A stretch of DNA of 64,000 nucleotides from Nitrospirota bacterium. GTDB lineage: Bacteria > Nitrospirota > Thermodesulfovibrionia > Thermodesulfovibrionales > Dissulfurispiraceae. A program made the translations under genes and the position numbers. Every line of letters starts with the position of its first letter. Position 1 is the stretch's first letter. Where the stretch lies: assembly GCA_963710375.1 (NCBI GenBank), contig CAVPZX010000005.1, forward strand, positions 64,001-128,000, written 5' to 3'. The notes under the pieces are model-generated. The model made no database searches and was not told where the DNA came from. It saw only the letters and a list, made by a program, of their open reading frames with translations. Positions 18,893 to 28,866 of the stretch are shown here, piece after piece.

Positions 18893-18912
18893 GGCTGCAT
18901 ATCAAACTGTTT

Positions 18913-19084
18913 GGTAGTGGGCCAGTTTGCTTTTTGCTCTGTATCAATTAGCCGTTCAATTCAATCACTGGCCTGTATTGAGCATTACCTGTGGTCGCCA
19001 CTTCTATATATGCGGGCTCGGCGTTACTCGCCCACTATTGATAACCCAGGTGATACAGAGCAAAAAGCAAACTGGCCCACTACC
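18913..19084. mobile_element. 172-bp MITE with perfect 34-bp TIRs and 8-bp target-site duplication
   Basis: TIR GGTAGTGGGCCAGTTTGCTTTTTGCTCTGTATCA at both ends; AACTGTTT at 18905-18912 and 19085-19092. Confidence 0.92.
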
Positions 19085-19094
19085 AACTGTTTTG

Positions 19095-20123
19095 TCAATA
19101 AGCCTCCTTATCACTCATAATCTCGTCGGCAGCAATGGGATGTCTGAAAATCCAGTATATCCAGACCTGATATGCGATCACCACAGGGACGAATATCAAT
19201 GCCACAACTGTCATTATCTTCAGTGTGTATATGCTGGATGACGAGTTGAAGATGGTCAGGCTGTATTTCGGGTCCATGCTGGAAGGAATAAGATTTGGGT
19301 AAAGCCCTATCACGCCGGTAAATGTAACCATAACGATAGTGATGCATGATGCATAAAACGCCGCTAAATACTGCCCTCTGGCGCCGAACACCTTTATGCC
19401 CAGTAGGGCCAGCACAGCCAGGAGCGGGACTGCGAGCCAGATGATGTTGCCAAAAAAGTTCGCGTAAAGGTTGGTTGCAAAATAGGTAAAGATCAGAAAT
19501 GACACAGCCACAACAAGCAGCGGAAACCACAGCTTGTTTGAAAGCTTTCCAGCCCTTTCACTGAGATTGTCCTTAGTCTTTACAGCAAGCCAGAGTGCGC
19601 CATGTTCAATAAAGAGAAGTACAAAAAACACCCCTGTAAGCAGTCCATAGGGGTTCAGCAGGGTGAAGAGCGTCCCATGGTATCCGCTGCCGTCCATAGG
19701 CAGGCCCTGAAAGATATTGCCAAAGGCGACTCCGAAAAGGAGAGCAGGCAGAAAGCTTCCAAGGAATATAGCCACATCCCATGAGTTTTCCCATGCCGGG
19801 CTGCCGCCCTTTCCCCTGAATTCAAAAGCCACGCCCCTGAATATCAGGGCGAAAAGTATTAACAGCAGTGCCGAATAGAGATAACTGAACATGAGCGCAT
19901 AGGTAGTCGGGAAAGCTGCAAACGTTGCTCCCCCTGCCGTAATAAGCCACACCTCGTTGCCGTCCCATACAGGCCCTATGCTGTTTATGATTACCCGCTT
20001 TTCGGCATTGTCCCTTCCGAGAAAGCGCTGCAGCATTCCTGCTCCGAAATCAAAGCCGTCAAGCATAAAATAAACCGCCCAGAGCACTCCCCATAGAATA
20101 AACCATATTATCTGGAATTGCAT
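19095..20123 (-). CDS. cydB: Cytochrome bd oxidase subunit II
   Basis: LDGFDFG, PVWDGNEVWL. Confidence 0.95.
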   Translation of the reverse strand: MQFQIIWFILWGVLWAVYFMLDGFDFGAGMLQRFLGRDNAEKRVIINSIGPVWDGNEVWLITAGGATFAAFPTTYALMFSYLYSALLLILFALIFRGVAFEFRGKGGSPAWENSWDVAIFLGSFLPALLFGVAFGNIFQGLPMDGSGYHGTLFTLLNPYGLLTGVFFVLLFIEHGALWLAVKTKDNLSERAGKLSNKLWFPLLVVAVSFLIFTYFATNLYANFFGNIIWLAVPLLAVLALLGIKVFGARGQYLAAFYASCITIVMVTFTGVIGLYPNLIPSSMDPKYSLTIFNSSSSIYTLKIMTVVALIFVPVVIAYQVWIYWIFRHPIAADEIMSDKEAY

Positions 20124-20124
20124 C

Positions 20125-21477
20125 TCACACCCCCTGCGTTCTTGAAGACGCTATGAGTACCGACAAGTCATCGTCAGGACCTTTTTTTGCAAATTTGGCC
20201 AGCAAATATATGTCCACAACTGCCAGAAGGCCGTATAACAGTGTAAATCCGATAAGCGACGCCCAGACCTGGACAGGTGATACGGTCTTTGAAACCGCGT
20301 CCGATGTTTTCAATACGCCGTAAACAATCCAGGGCTGCCTGCCTACCTCTGCAACAATCCACCCCAATTGGCCCGCAACATAGGGCAGAAACATTGCAAA
20401 GAACATAAGTTTGAGGAAAGCGTGGCTGCTCTCTAATTTGTCCCGGCGCGCGGTAATCCAAGCAACTAACGAAAGGAGTATGAATAACATGCCGAGACCA
20501 GCCATTGCCTTGAAGCTTAAAAAAGTGGGCAGGATAGGCGGCCTGTCCTCTTTTTTAAATTCTTTGAGTCCCTTTATTTCGGCCCCGCTGTCATGGAAAG
20601 CGAGAAAACTGAGCAGACCAGGTATCCCTGCAGCTTCTATGCCGTTCTTTTCATTAGCAACATCAGGCAGCACAATAAGATTGAGTTGAGCAGTTTTTTG
20701 CGTGTTCCAGACTGATTCCATGGCAGCAAATTTAGCCGGTTGTGTTGCGGCAACATTCGCTGCATGGAAATCACCGACGACCAGGACCAGCAGGGAGCAT
20801 GCCAGGCCGAAGGCGGCAGCCATTCTGAAAGAGGCCTTGAAAAACGGTACGCTGCTTTTTTTAAGTAAATGCCAGGATGATATCCCCATGACAAAAAATG
20901 CAGCAATAACATAGCCGGAAAATAGTGTGTGAAAAAACTTGATAATGCCGTAGCTATTGGTAAGCAGCGCCATAAAATCTACCATTTCAGCCCTGCCGTT
21001 TCTCAAAACATACCCGACCGGGTGCTGCATCCAGCCGTTGGCAAGGAGTATCCACAGCGCGGACATGTTCGTTGCAATAGCCACCAGCCATATTGAAAGG
21101 GCGTGGACTTTCTTCGAGACCCTGTTCCAGCCGAAAATCCATACCCCTATAAAAGAGGATTCCAGAAAGAATGCTACAGTAGCCTCTATGGCCAGGGGCG
21201 CGCCGAAAATATCTCCAACATATTTTGAATACTCCGCCCAGTTCATGCCGAACTGGAACTCCATCGTGATGCCGGTCACTACGCCGAGGGCAAAATTAAT
21301 AAGAAAAAGTTTCCCCCAGAATTTCGTCATCTTAAGATACATTGCATCGTTTGTAATGACATACCGGCTTTCCATGAACGCCACCAAGATTGAAAGTCCA
21401 AGGGTGAGCGGCACAAAGATAAAATGAAACATCGCAGTCACCGCAAACTGCAGCCTGCTTAACGCCAGGGCATCCAT
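20125..21477 (-). CDS. cydA: Cytochrome bd oxidase subunit I (short Q-loop)
   Basis: SRLQFA..FHFIFVP, QPAKFAAME, AEVGRQPW; ATG 21477 after RBS. Confidence 0.95.
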   Translation of the reverse strand: MDALALSRLQFAVTAMFHFIFVPLTLGLSILVAFMESRYVITNDAMYLKMTKFWGKLFLINFALGVVTGITMEFQFGMNWAEYSKYVGDIFGAPLAIEATVAFFLESSFIGVWIFGWNRVSKKVHALSIWLVAIATNMSALWILLANGWMQHPVGYVLRNGRAEMVDFMALLTNSYGIIKFFHTLFSGYVIAAFFVMGISSWHLLKKSSVPFFKASFRMAAAFGLACSLLVLVVGDFHAANVAATQPAKFAAMESVWNTQKTAQLNLIVLPDVANEKNGIEAAGIPGLLSFLAFHDSGAEIKGLKEFKKEDRPPILPTFLSFKAMAGLGMLFILLSLVAWITARRDKLESSHAFLKLMFFAMFLPYVAGQLGWIVAEVGRQPWIVYGVLKTSDAVSKTVSPVQVWASLIGFTLLYGLLAVVDIYLLAKFAKKGPDDDLSVLIASSRTQGV

Positions 21478-21640
21478 AACCTCTCTCCTCCTTCCCAATA
21501 ACCTGCCTGTTTTGGGTTATATTTTAAGGTTTAAACATCCTGCCTTGAGGCAAACCACGATATTCCTAATTGTACTGCAATAATCTCTCACTGACAATCT
21601 TGGTTCTCTAATTAGGTTCGAAGAGGGCGTCGTTTTCATA

Positions 21641-21677
21641 CAGGATTAATATTATCCTGTTTTAAAAATAATGTCAA
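21641..21677 (-). promoter_or_regulatory. Candidate sigma70 promoter for cydAB with overlapping palindrome
   Basis: TTGACA-N17-TAATAT on minus strand; CAGGATTAATATTATCCTG near-palindrome covers the -10. Confidence 0.45.
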
Positions 21678-21729
21678 GGATTTTTTTCTGTCAGGGGAAA
21701 TTCCTCTGATTTTTCAGAAGGGGAAAAGG

Positions 21730-22533
21730 CTAATTGCCCTTTTTTGCCGGATGGATGGCCAGGCAATCATACACGACTCTTTCACCTTGATAGTTGGTGC
21801 TGCCCCTGCGAACAATCCTCCATCCCTTCAGTTCGTGCCAGCTCTTATCGGCAATTGCAGGGGCCAATGTTTCATCGTCTTTTGTCAGGTCGGCCAGTTC
21901 CCGGCTCTGTGTCAGAACTACAGTCCTGATCCCTGTACCGGCGATAATCATCATGGGCTCAATCACCATGTTTTCGAGTTCGAGCATCATTGCAGGAGCT
22001 GCAACTGCGCGCGCTTTCAACTGGATCATCCGCGCGCGGGTATCGGTGCCAGACTCTTCCATGGCAAAATGCGCCATATCCAGCAGCCTCAGACGGACGG
22101 CATTCAAATCCTCTATCTGTTCAAGTCTTTTGCATTCCGGATGGCTCCCGATCACTTTGACGAGTGTCGAAATTTCTTTTAAATAAGGGGTCCGCTGGTT
22201 GTCCGGGACCAGGAACATAATGACCACACGCACAAGCGGCTCGCCCGGTTTCCCGTAATCCATGCCCTGAGGACACCATCCGATAGCACAAAGCAATTCG
22301 CCATCGAAAGCAACAGGCGCATGGGGGCAAGCCCATCCGGATCCCAGAGATGTGTTGGAGACGCTCTCACGGGCCATAACAGCTCCCACGATGTCGGTCC
22401 CTGCTGGGACAGAGGGGACTGCTTCCAGGAGGCTCGCCAGGACCTCAAGGGCATCTTTTTTGTTGTAGTCAGACAGTTCGATCAACCGGCCATCTTCCAG
22501 CGCCTGAAGGATAGTATTCAGCATTTCAATCAC
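21730..22533 (-). CDS. PTS EIIA (Ntr/Fru-type) domain protein with extra C-terminal domain
   Basis: MARESVSNTSLGSGWACPHA phospho-His motif; overlaps the mgtA end. Confidence 0.8.
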   Translation of the reverse strand: MIEMLNTILQALEDGRLIELSDYNKKDALEVLASLLEAVPSVPAGTDIVGAVMARESVSNTSLGSGWACPHAPVAFDGELLCAIGWCPQGMDYGKPGEPLVRVVIMFLVPDNQRTPYLKEISTLVKVIGSHPECKRLEQIEDLNAVRLRLLDMAHFAMEESGTDTRARMIQLKARAVAAPAMMLELENMVIEPMMIIAGTGIRTVVLTQSRELADLTKDDETLAPAIADKSWHELKGWRIVRRGSTNYQGERVVYDCLAIHPAKKGN

Positions 22534-25186
22534 CTCCGAATCGTTTGTAGAACCACTGCTTTACGATATGCGTCAACACACTGTATGTCAGGAGAAACAA
22601 CGCGATCCATCCCCAGTAAATCAGTGGCAGAGGGACAAAGCCGAAGGTCCTGGCAAAGGGAGAATAAGGCAACCAGGCTCCGATGGCCATAACGCAGAGG
22701 GTGGTTAGCGTCATAGGCATGGAAGCGCGGCTCTGGATAAAGGGTATGCGTTTGGTGCGGATGATGTGGACGATAAGTGTCTGCGTCAGCAGCGACTCAA
22801 CAAACCACCCTGTCTGGAAGAGTGTCGCGTGCATCTCCCGGCTGGCAGCTGTCTGTGACATGTCAAGAAAGGCCCGGCAATTAAAAAAGAACCACATCAG
22901 CCCGAATGTCGCGTAGTCAAAAATCGAACTGATCGGTCCGATGAAGATCATGAACCATTTAATGTTCGTAATATCCCATTTGCGGGGCCGCACAATCAGT
23001 TCCTCGTCCACATTATCAGCCGGTATCCCGGTCTGGGAGAAGTCATAGAGGAGGTTGTTTAACAGAATCTGGATGGGCAGCATCGGCAGGAACGGAAGCA
23101 GGTAGCTGGCGCCCAGCACGCTGAACATGTTGCCGAAATTGGAGCTGGCGCCCATGCGTATGTACTTTATAATATTGGAGAAAACTTTTCGTCCCTCGAG
23201 AATGCCGTCCCCGAGAACGAGCAGGCTTTTTTCAAGGAGCACGATGTCGGCGGATTCCTTTGCCACATCTACCGCAGAGTCCACAGAAATACCAACGTCG
23301 GCTGCATGCAGGGCCGGCGCATCATTGATTCCGTCACCCATGTAGCCAACGACATGCCCGCTCTTGCGCAGCGACTCGATCACCCGCTCCTTTTGAAAAG
23401 GTGACAGCTTCACCAGCGCATTGGCCTCGAAAGCGGTCTGTGAAAACTCTTCAGGGCTCATGCGATCCAAATCTTCACCTGAAACAATGCGATGTATATC
23501 CAATCCAACATCGCGGCAGATTTTTCCGGTAACGAGAGCGTTGTCGCCTGTGAGAATCTTGATCTGCACCCCGGTATCCCTCAGCAGCGTGATCGCCTTG
23601 GCAGCAGAGTCCTTGGGAGGATCGAGGAAGGCTATGTACCCGAGGAGGATGAGACCGGATTCATCCTGGGTTGTGAACCGCGTCTGCTCTCTGGGGAACT
23701 CCCTATAGGCGATCGCGAGGCATCGGTAGCCCTGGTTGTTTAAAAGGGCGACTTCTTCAAAAAGATCATCCTTGATCATGTCGAGCAGGGGATAAATCTC
23801 ATCATCCAGCCTGGTAGTGACTGCAGCAGGTATATACCTCTTCGACCGCTCCCTTGCAGATAAGGACATGGTCGCCTTCAAACTCGACTACTACGGACAT
23901 GCGCCTGCGCTGAAAATCAAAGGGCAGTTCATCGACCAGGCGACAATCGTCCTCGACATCGAACTCCCGATGAGTTAGGACGGCCCTGTCCAGCAGGTTG
24001 CGGAGGCCTGTCTGGTAATAGCTGTTCAGGTAAGCGTAGCGCAGAACGCTTTCGCTCTTCTCCCCGGTGACATCCACGTGTTTTTCAAGTATTACGATAT
24101 CCTGGGTCAGCGTACCTGTTTTGTCTGTGCAGAGTATATCGATAGCACCGAAATTCTGAATAGCGGAAAGCTGTTTGACGATGACTTTTTTCCGTGACAT
24201 GGCAATAGCGCCCTTGGCCAGGTTCACAGTGACGATCATAGGCAGCATTTCCGGAGTCAGGCCCACTGCTACTGCGAGGCCGAAAAGGAGGGCTTCCAGC
24301 CAATTCCCCTTAGTTAATCCGACGATCAGGAAGACAATGGAAACCATTACCACCATAAACCTGATCATAAGCCATGTGAAGGAGCGCACTCCTTTGTCGA
24401 AACTGGTCTGTATGCCGGTGCCCGCAAGCCGTTCGGCTATGGCCCCGAAAAATGTCCGGTTCCCGGTGTTCACAACGAGCCCGCGAGCTGACCCGCTGCT
24501 CACGCTGCTGCCCTGAAAACACGCGTTCCCCATTTCGAGCAAGGGCCTCCCCCCGTTGGCTGAGGCTTCTGCGTTCTTTTCGACAGGCATGGACTCGCCG
24601 GTCAGGGCCGACTGGCTGACAAAGAAATCCCTGGCTGAAAGCAGGCGCAAATCGGCTGGTATGATTGACCCCGCATGAAGGACCACGATATCGCCGGGAA
24701 CCAGGTCCTCCAAAGGAAGCTCAGTCTCTGTGCCGCCTCTCAAAACTGCGGCGCGTGATTCTACACGTCTGCCAAGAGCTTCGACCGCAAGGGTTGAACG
24801 CCGGTCAAGGACATACGACAACCCAACGCTCAACACGATCATGGCGCAGACAATAAGCGCTGAAATAGCATCTCCCGTCGCACCCGAGATGATCGCGATG
24901 ACGAGAAGCTGGATAACAAGAGGGCTCCTGAACCGCCGCAGTATGTCCTGGAAAAAGTTCAGGCGCCTGGCATGGGATATCTCGTTGGGGCCATACTCCT
25001 CCAACCTCTAGAGGCTTCTTCCGCGCCGAGTCCCTGCTCGCTGCTGCTCATTATTTGCAAAGCCTGGACCGCCGGGGCTGTACAGACTTCCATCAGCCGG
25101 CTTTCCTCTATGGTACGGGCGTGAGGGGTGCTCGCTTCATTGCGGATGGAAGAGGGCATGAAGAAGTTGTAAAGGAATTTAAACAT
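22526..25186 (-). pseudogene. mgtA: Magnesium-translocating P-type ATPase split by two single-base frameshifts
   Basis: TGES, TPEMLP, DKTGTLT, GDGINDA, ASSNFGNMFS; 1-nt loss near 25008 (EEASR/RLEEYGPNE) and 1-nt gain near 23810 (HYQ/LDDEIYP). Confidence 0.88.
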
Positions 25187-25290
25187 GATAGCCTACTGTT
25201 GCTGGAACAAAAACTTGGTTTTTCATGATTTACCTCCATAACAAAGCCGCAAATGTTAGGGCGGCCGGAGGCGAATCACTCAAAAATAGA

Positions 25291-25416
25291 TCAGATGAGG
25301 GACTGGCTTAACACGGCAGCCGCATGAAAGGACCGATGCGGATCAGGTTCTTCCTGTTCATTTTGATTCATGGTTTTACTAATACACTGGCTACTACTGC
25401 CATCGGGGCTACCCAT
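25291..25416 (-). CDS. Putative leader peptide upstream of mgtA (41 aa, MGSPDGSSSQC...)
   Basis: AGGAGG RBS; first ORF in the mgtA 5' region. Confidence 0.45.
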   Translation of the reverse strand: MGSPDGSSSQCISKTMNQNEQEEPDPHRSFHAAAVLSQSLI

Positions 25417-25560
25417 ATTCCCTCCTGTTTTGTTTTTTTCCGGGCAGACAATCTTCACTAAAACTTTAAAAGTTTATACTATCCCTTCGGTTTTTGTAAA
25501 GGAACAAAGCCTAAATTTTAGGCAAGTAATGAAATGACACAAAAGCTATTTATTTTCCAA

Positions 25561-26331
25561 TTACTTCAAAAGTTCCATTATATTTGCTTCTTCTACGCCC
25601 GCAACCATTTGCCCTTTGTCATTAATAAGTGTTGGCGTCCCATTTATGCCCATTTTATCTATAAGGGCAATACTCTTTTGGAGAGTATTCTCCGCTTCAG
25701 TTTTGTCTTTCCCCTTGCAAGTTTCTTCTTTATATTCATTATTAAGATATTGTTCGTAGGAAATCCTGTTGCAAATGGCGACTATTGTCTTTCCTTTGGC
25801 ATTAGGGTGCATTGGCAAGGGGAACCAAACTACCCGGATCTCAAAGTTCAGCTTATCAGCAATTTTTTTCAGGTTCCCCTTTGCACGTTCGCAGAAAGGG
25901 CAGTCAGGATCCGTAACGAGGTACAAATACTTTGTTGCTTTTGCCGGAGAGTATCGTGTTATAACCACTCCCGGTAGTTCTTTAAGAATTGCCTGTACTT
26001 TTTCCTCATGTTTCTTTACTAATTCCGGAGCATATTTAGTTTCGAACTCCTTATACGGCTCCTCAACCGCCACTCCATTTTTAAACATGGGCCCAGGGAA
26101 GGCTATACCATTCTTATGGTAGAGCACTACGACCCTCCCGTGGGTGTCTACCCCCAGAATTTCACAGTACCCTTCAACACTCTTCTCTTGCAGCACCGTG
26201 ATAGTTTTGCTAATCTTGTCGACAAGCGCCTGTCCGTTGTTGCATACAGTGTTTTGCTCAGCAGCAAAAACCATGTTGCTAAAAGCGATTAATGTTAATA
26301 TCGATGCTATACATATGAAAGTTTTCAGCAC
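25561..26331 (-). CDS. DsbC/DsbG-like periplasmic thiol-disulfide isomerase
   Basis: Signal peptide, TDPDCPFC, PLPMHP, GINGTPT. Confidence 0.85.
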   Translation of the reverse strand: MLKTFICIASILTLIAFSNMVFAAEQNTVCNNGQALVDKISKTITVLQEKSVEGYCEILGVDTHGRVVVLYHKNGIAFPGPMFKNGVAVEEPYKEFETKYAPELVKKHEEKVQAILKELPGVVITRYSPAKATKYLYLVTDPDCPFCERAKGNLKKIADKLNFEIRVVWFPLPMHPNAKGKTIVAICNRISYEQYLNNEYKEETCKGKDKTEAENTLQKSIALIDKMGINGTPTLINDKGQMVAGVEEANIMELLK

Positions 26332-26484
26332 GTTCTCTCCTTTGTATCGTTATTTTTTTATCATTTGACTCAATAACAACGTTTTCCGCAAAATCATCCT
26401 TAGAAAAGTCTATGCTTTGTAGTTCTTCCAAAAGGACTTCCAAATTGAATATTTTAGATTACCACAAAAAAACGGCTATGACAA

Positions 26485-26820
26485 TTATTTCCTGAGATAA
26501 TCCGCGAGAAGCCCTCTGCTATGCTCGTCATCATGGCAATAGATACAAAGATTCTCCCAGTTGGAGCCGTCGGCAGGGTTATTCCGGTGATTGCCGTCTT
26601 TGTGGTGCACTGTTAGGAGATGACGGCTCTTGGTATCGAACTCCCTGCCGCATTTGGCGCAGATGAGGCCATGGATTTTCAGGGATTGTTCCCTGTAATT
26701 TGAGGCTGAAACGCTACCTTCCTTCAACTCTCTGATAATTTCAGCAGCGCTCTTGACCTCCCCCGGCTTTTTAGGCTGAGGCTTTCTGAATTGTGTCCGT
26801 TGCCTGCCCCCCAAACTCAT
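26485..26820 (-). CDS. YajD-family HNH protein
   Basis: YREQSL..CAKCGREF..LTVHHKDGNHRNNPADGSNWENLCIYCHDDEH. Confidence 0.88.
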   Translation of the reverse strand: MSLGGRQRTQFRKPQPKKPGEVKSAAEIIRELKEGSVSASNYREQSLKIHGLICAKCGREFDTKSRHLLTVHHKDGNHRNNPADGSNWENLCIYCHDDEHSRGLLADYLRK

Positions 26821-26892
26821 CTCCTGTATGATAGCGTTGTTTTATTATAACCGATATAGTAAGGTAAAATAAAAAGAAGGACGGAAACAATT

Positions 26893-28719
26893 TTATCCGG
26901 GGTTTTCATCGAGGTATCGCCTTATTTCATTGACAAAATCCTCGCCATAACGCTCGAGCTTTGTATCGCCTACCCCGCTTATTTTTCGCATATCCGATGC
27001 TGTTGAAGGGTAGCTTCTGCACATCTCCTGCAGTGTCTTGTCCGAAAATATGATATAGGGCGGAACCCGCTGCATGTCTGCCAGCCTCTTCCTGACAATG
27101 CGAAGCCTTGCGAATAGTGTTTCATTATATTCGCCGGGATCCCCTCTCTTTTCCTTTAGGGTCTTTGCTTTTACCTCTTGCTTTCTTAAAGCCCTGATCT
27201 TTTCTCTGCCGAACAGGATATCGGACCCCTTTTCCGTAATCTTGAGCACAGGGTAGGGATCGCCTTCCTGCATTACCGCCTCCTGGGCAATGAGTTCATC
27301 AACAACAGACCGCCAGTATCTTTTGTCCCTGCCTTTGCCTGCGCCGTATGTCTTGATATCGTTATGCTTGAGGTCCCGGATGCGCTTCGTGTCCGCGCCT
27401 GTCACTATATCGATAATATGGCCTGTGCCGAACCTCTGCCCTGTCCTTGACATGGCCGACATTACTATCTGGGCCTCCACCGTGACATCTATCTCTTCAA
27501 CAGAACCCAAACAGATATCGCAGCCGCCGCAATTGTCTTGAGGATAGTCCTCACCAAAAAAACCGAGGAGCTGTTTTCTTCTGCATACGTTGTGAGACGC
27601 ATATCCCACCATCTTGTTGAGCTTATCGATAGCAATAAATCGTTCTCCGTCATCCGGTATGCTATTGATAAAATAACGGATTTTGGGGATGTCGCCTCTT
27701 CCGAAAAAGAGAAGGCAGCGGGCCTCGCCTCCGTCCCGTCCTGCCCTGCCGGTCTCCTGGTAATAGCCTTCGATATTTTTGGCAAGGTCGGCATGGATGA
27801 CAAAGCGGACATTCGATTTATCGATGCCCATGCCGAAGGCTATGGTTGCAACTATCACCTGAACCTCATCCCTGTTAAACGCCTCCTGGTTCTTCTCTCG
27901 CTCTTCAGCGGAAAGCCCTGCATGGTAAGGAAGAGCAGCGGTCCCCTTTGATCTCAGGAAATCTGCCATTTCAGTTACTGAATCACGTGTTGTCCTGTAG
28001 ATTATGCCTGACTCGCCAGGGTGTTCCTTCAGGAACTCGAGTATCTGTACCTCCACCTTTGACTTCGCCTTGACCTCATAAAAGAGGTTTGGACGGTTAA
28101 AAGATGCCCGCACGATATGCGGTCTTCTCAGGCCGATCTTATTGATTATATCTTCCTGCACCTTTTGGGTAGCAGTAGCTGTAAAGGCAGCAACCGGCAC
28201 ATCAGGGAACATCTCAGGTATGAGGGAAAGGCCCATGTAGTCCGGACGGAAATCATGGCCCCATTCGGATATGCAATGCGCTTCGTCGATAGCAAAGAAG
28301 GATATTGCATAGGTTTTAAGTCTTTCAAGGAAATGACGCATGGCAAACCTCTCAGGCGCTATATAGAGAAGCTTAAGCTTGTTGTATTGCAACAGTCGGT
28401 AAACACCGGAAACCTCTTCGGCGCTTATAGAACTATTGATGAAGGCAGCTGAAATCCCGTTCTCAACAGCCGCATCCACCTGGTCCTTCATCAATGATAT
28501 GAGAGGGCTGATGACAACCGCGGTCCCGTGCATTACCGTTGCAGGCAACTGGTAGCACAAAGATTTCCCACCGCCTGTCGGCATTACGGCAAAAACATCC
28601 CTGCCGTCAAGGATGTTTCTTATAATGGATTCCTGGTTCGGACGGAATGACTGAAAGCCGAAAATGGTCTTCAGTGTATCTGATATCGAAGATTCGCGGT
28701 ATCTATTGCCATCAAGCAT
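26893..28719 (-). CDS. recQ: DNA helicase RecQ
   Basis: PTGGGKSLCYQ, DEAHC, QETGRAGRDG, RQC and HRDC regions. Confidence 0.96.
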   Translation of the reverse strand: MLDGNRYRESSISDTLKTIFGFQSFRPNQESIIRNILDGRDVFAVMPTGGGKSLCYQLPATVMHGTAVVISPLISLMKDQVDAAVENGISAAFINSSISAEEVSGVYRLLQYNKLKLLYIAPERFAMRHFLERLKTYAISFFAIDEAHCISEWGHDFRPDYMGLSLIPEMFPDVPVAAFTATATQKVQEDIINKIGLRRPHIVRASFNRPNLFYEVKAKSKVEVQILEFLKEHPGESGIIYRTTRDSVTEMADFLRSKGTAALPYHAGLSAEEREKNQEAFNRDEVQVIVATIAFGMGIDKSNVRFVIHADLAKNIEGYYQETGRAGRDGGEARCLLFFGRGDIPKIRYFINSIPDDGERFIAIDKLNKMVGYASHNVCRRKQLLGFFGEDYPQDNCGGCDICLGSVEEIDVTVEAQIVMSAMSRTGQRFGTGHIIDIVTGADTKRIRDLKHNDIKTYGAGKGRDKRYWRSVVDELIAQEAVMQEGDPYPVLKITEKGSDILFGREKIRALRKQEVKAKTLKEKRGDPGEYNETLFARLRIVRKRLADMQRVPPYIIFSDKTLQEMCRSYPSTASDMRKISGVGDTKLERYGEDFVNEIRRYLDENPG

Positions 28720-28866
28720 ACGACTTTATTCTAACATGGTGAGTTTAAACATGCCTGTTTCCCGTCCCTGTTCGAGTCACAAAGTGTAGTAAACATTATT
28801 TTCCTTGGCACTTTCTGTAAACGCAAATACTGACCAGCAATCTCTGTCTTTAAAGACATCAAGTGG

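Noticed and set aside
25179..25226. In-frame amber read-through extending mgtA
   Set aside because: Recounting shows the upstream ATG is out of frame with mgtA (40-nt offset)
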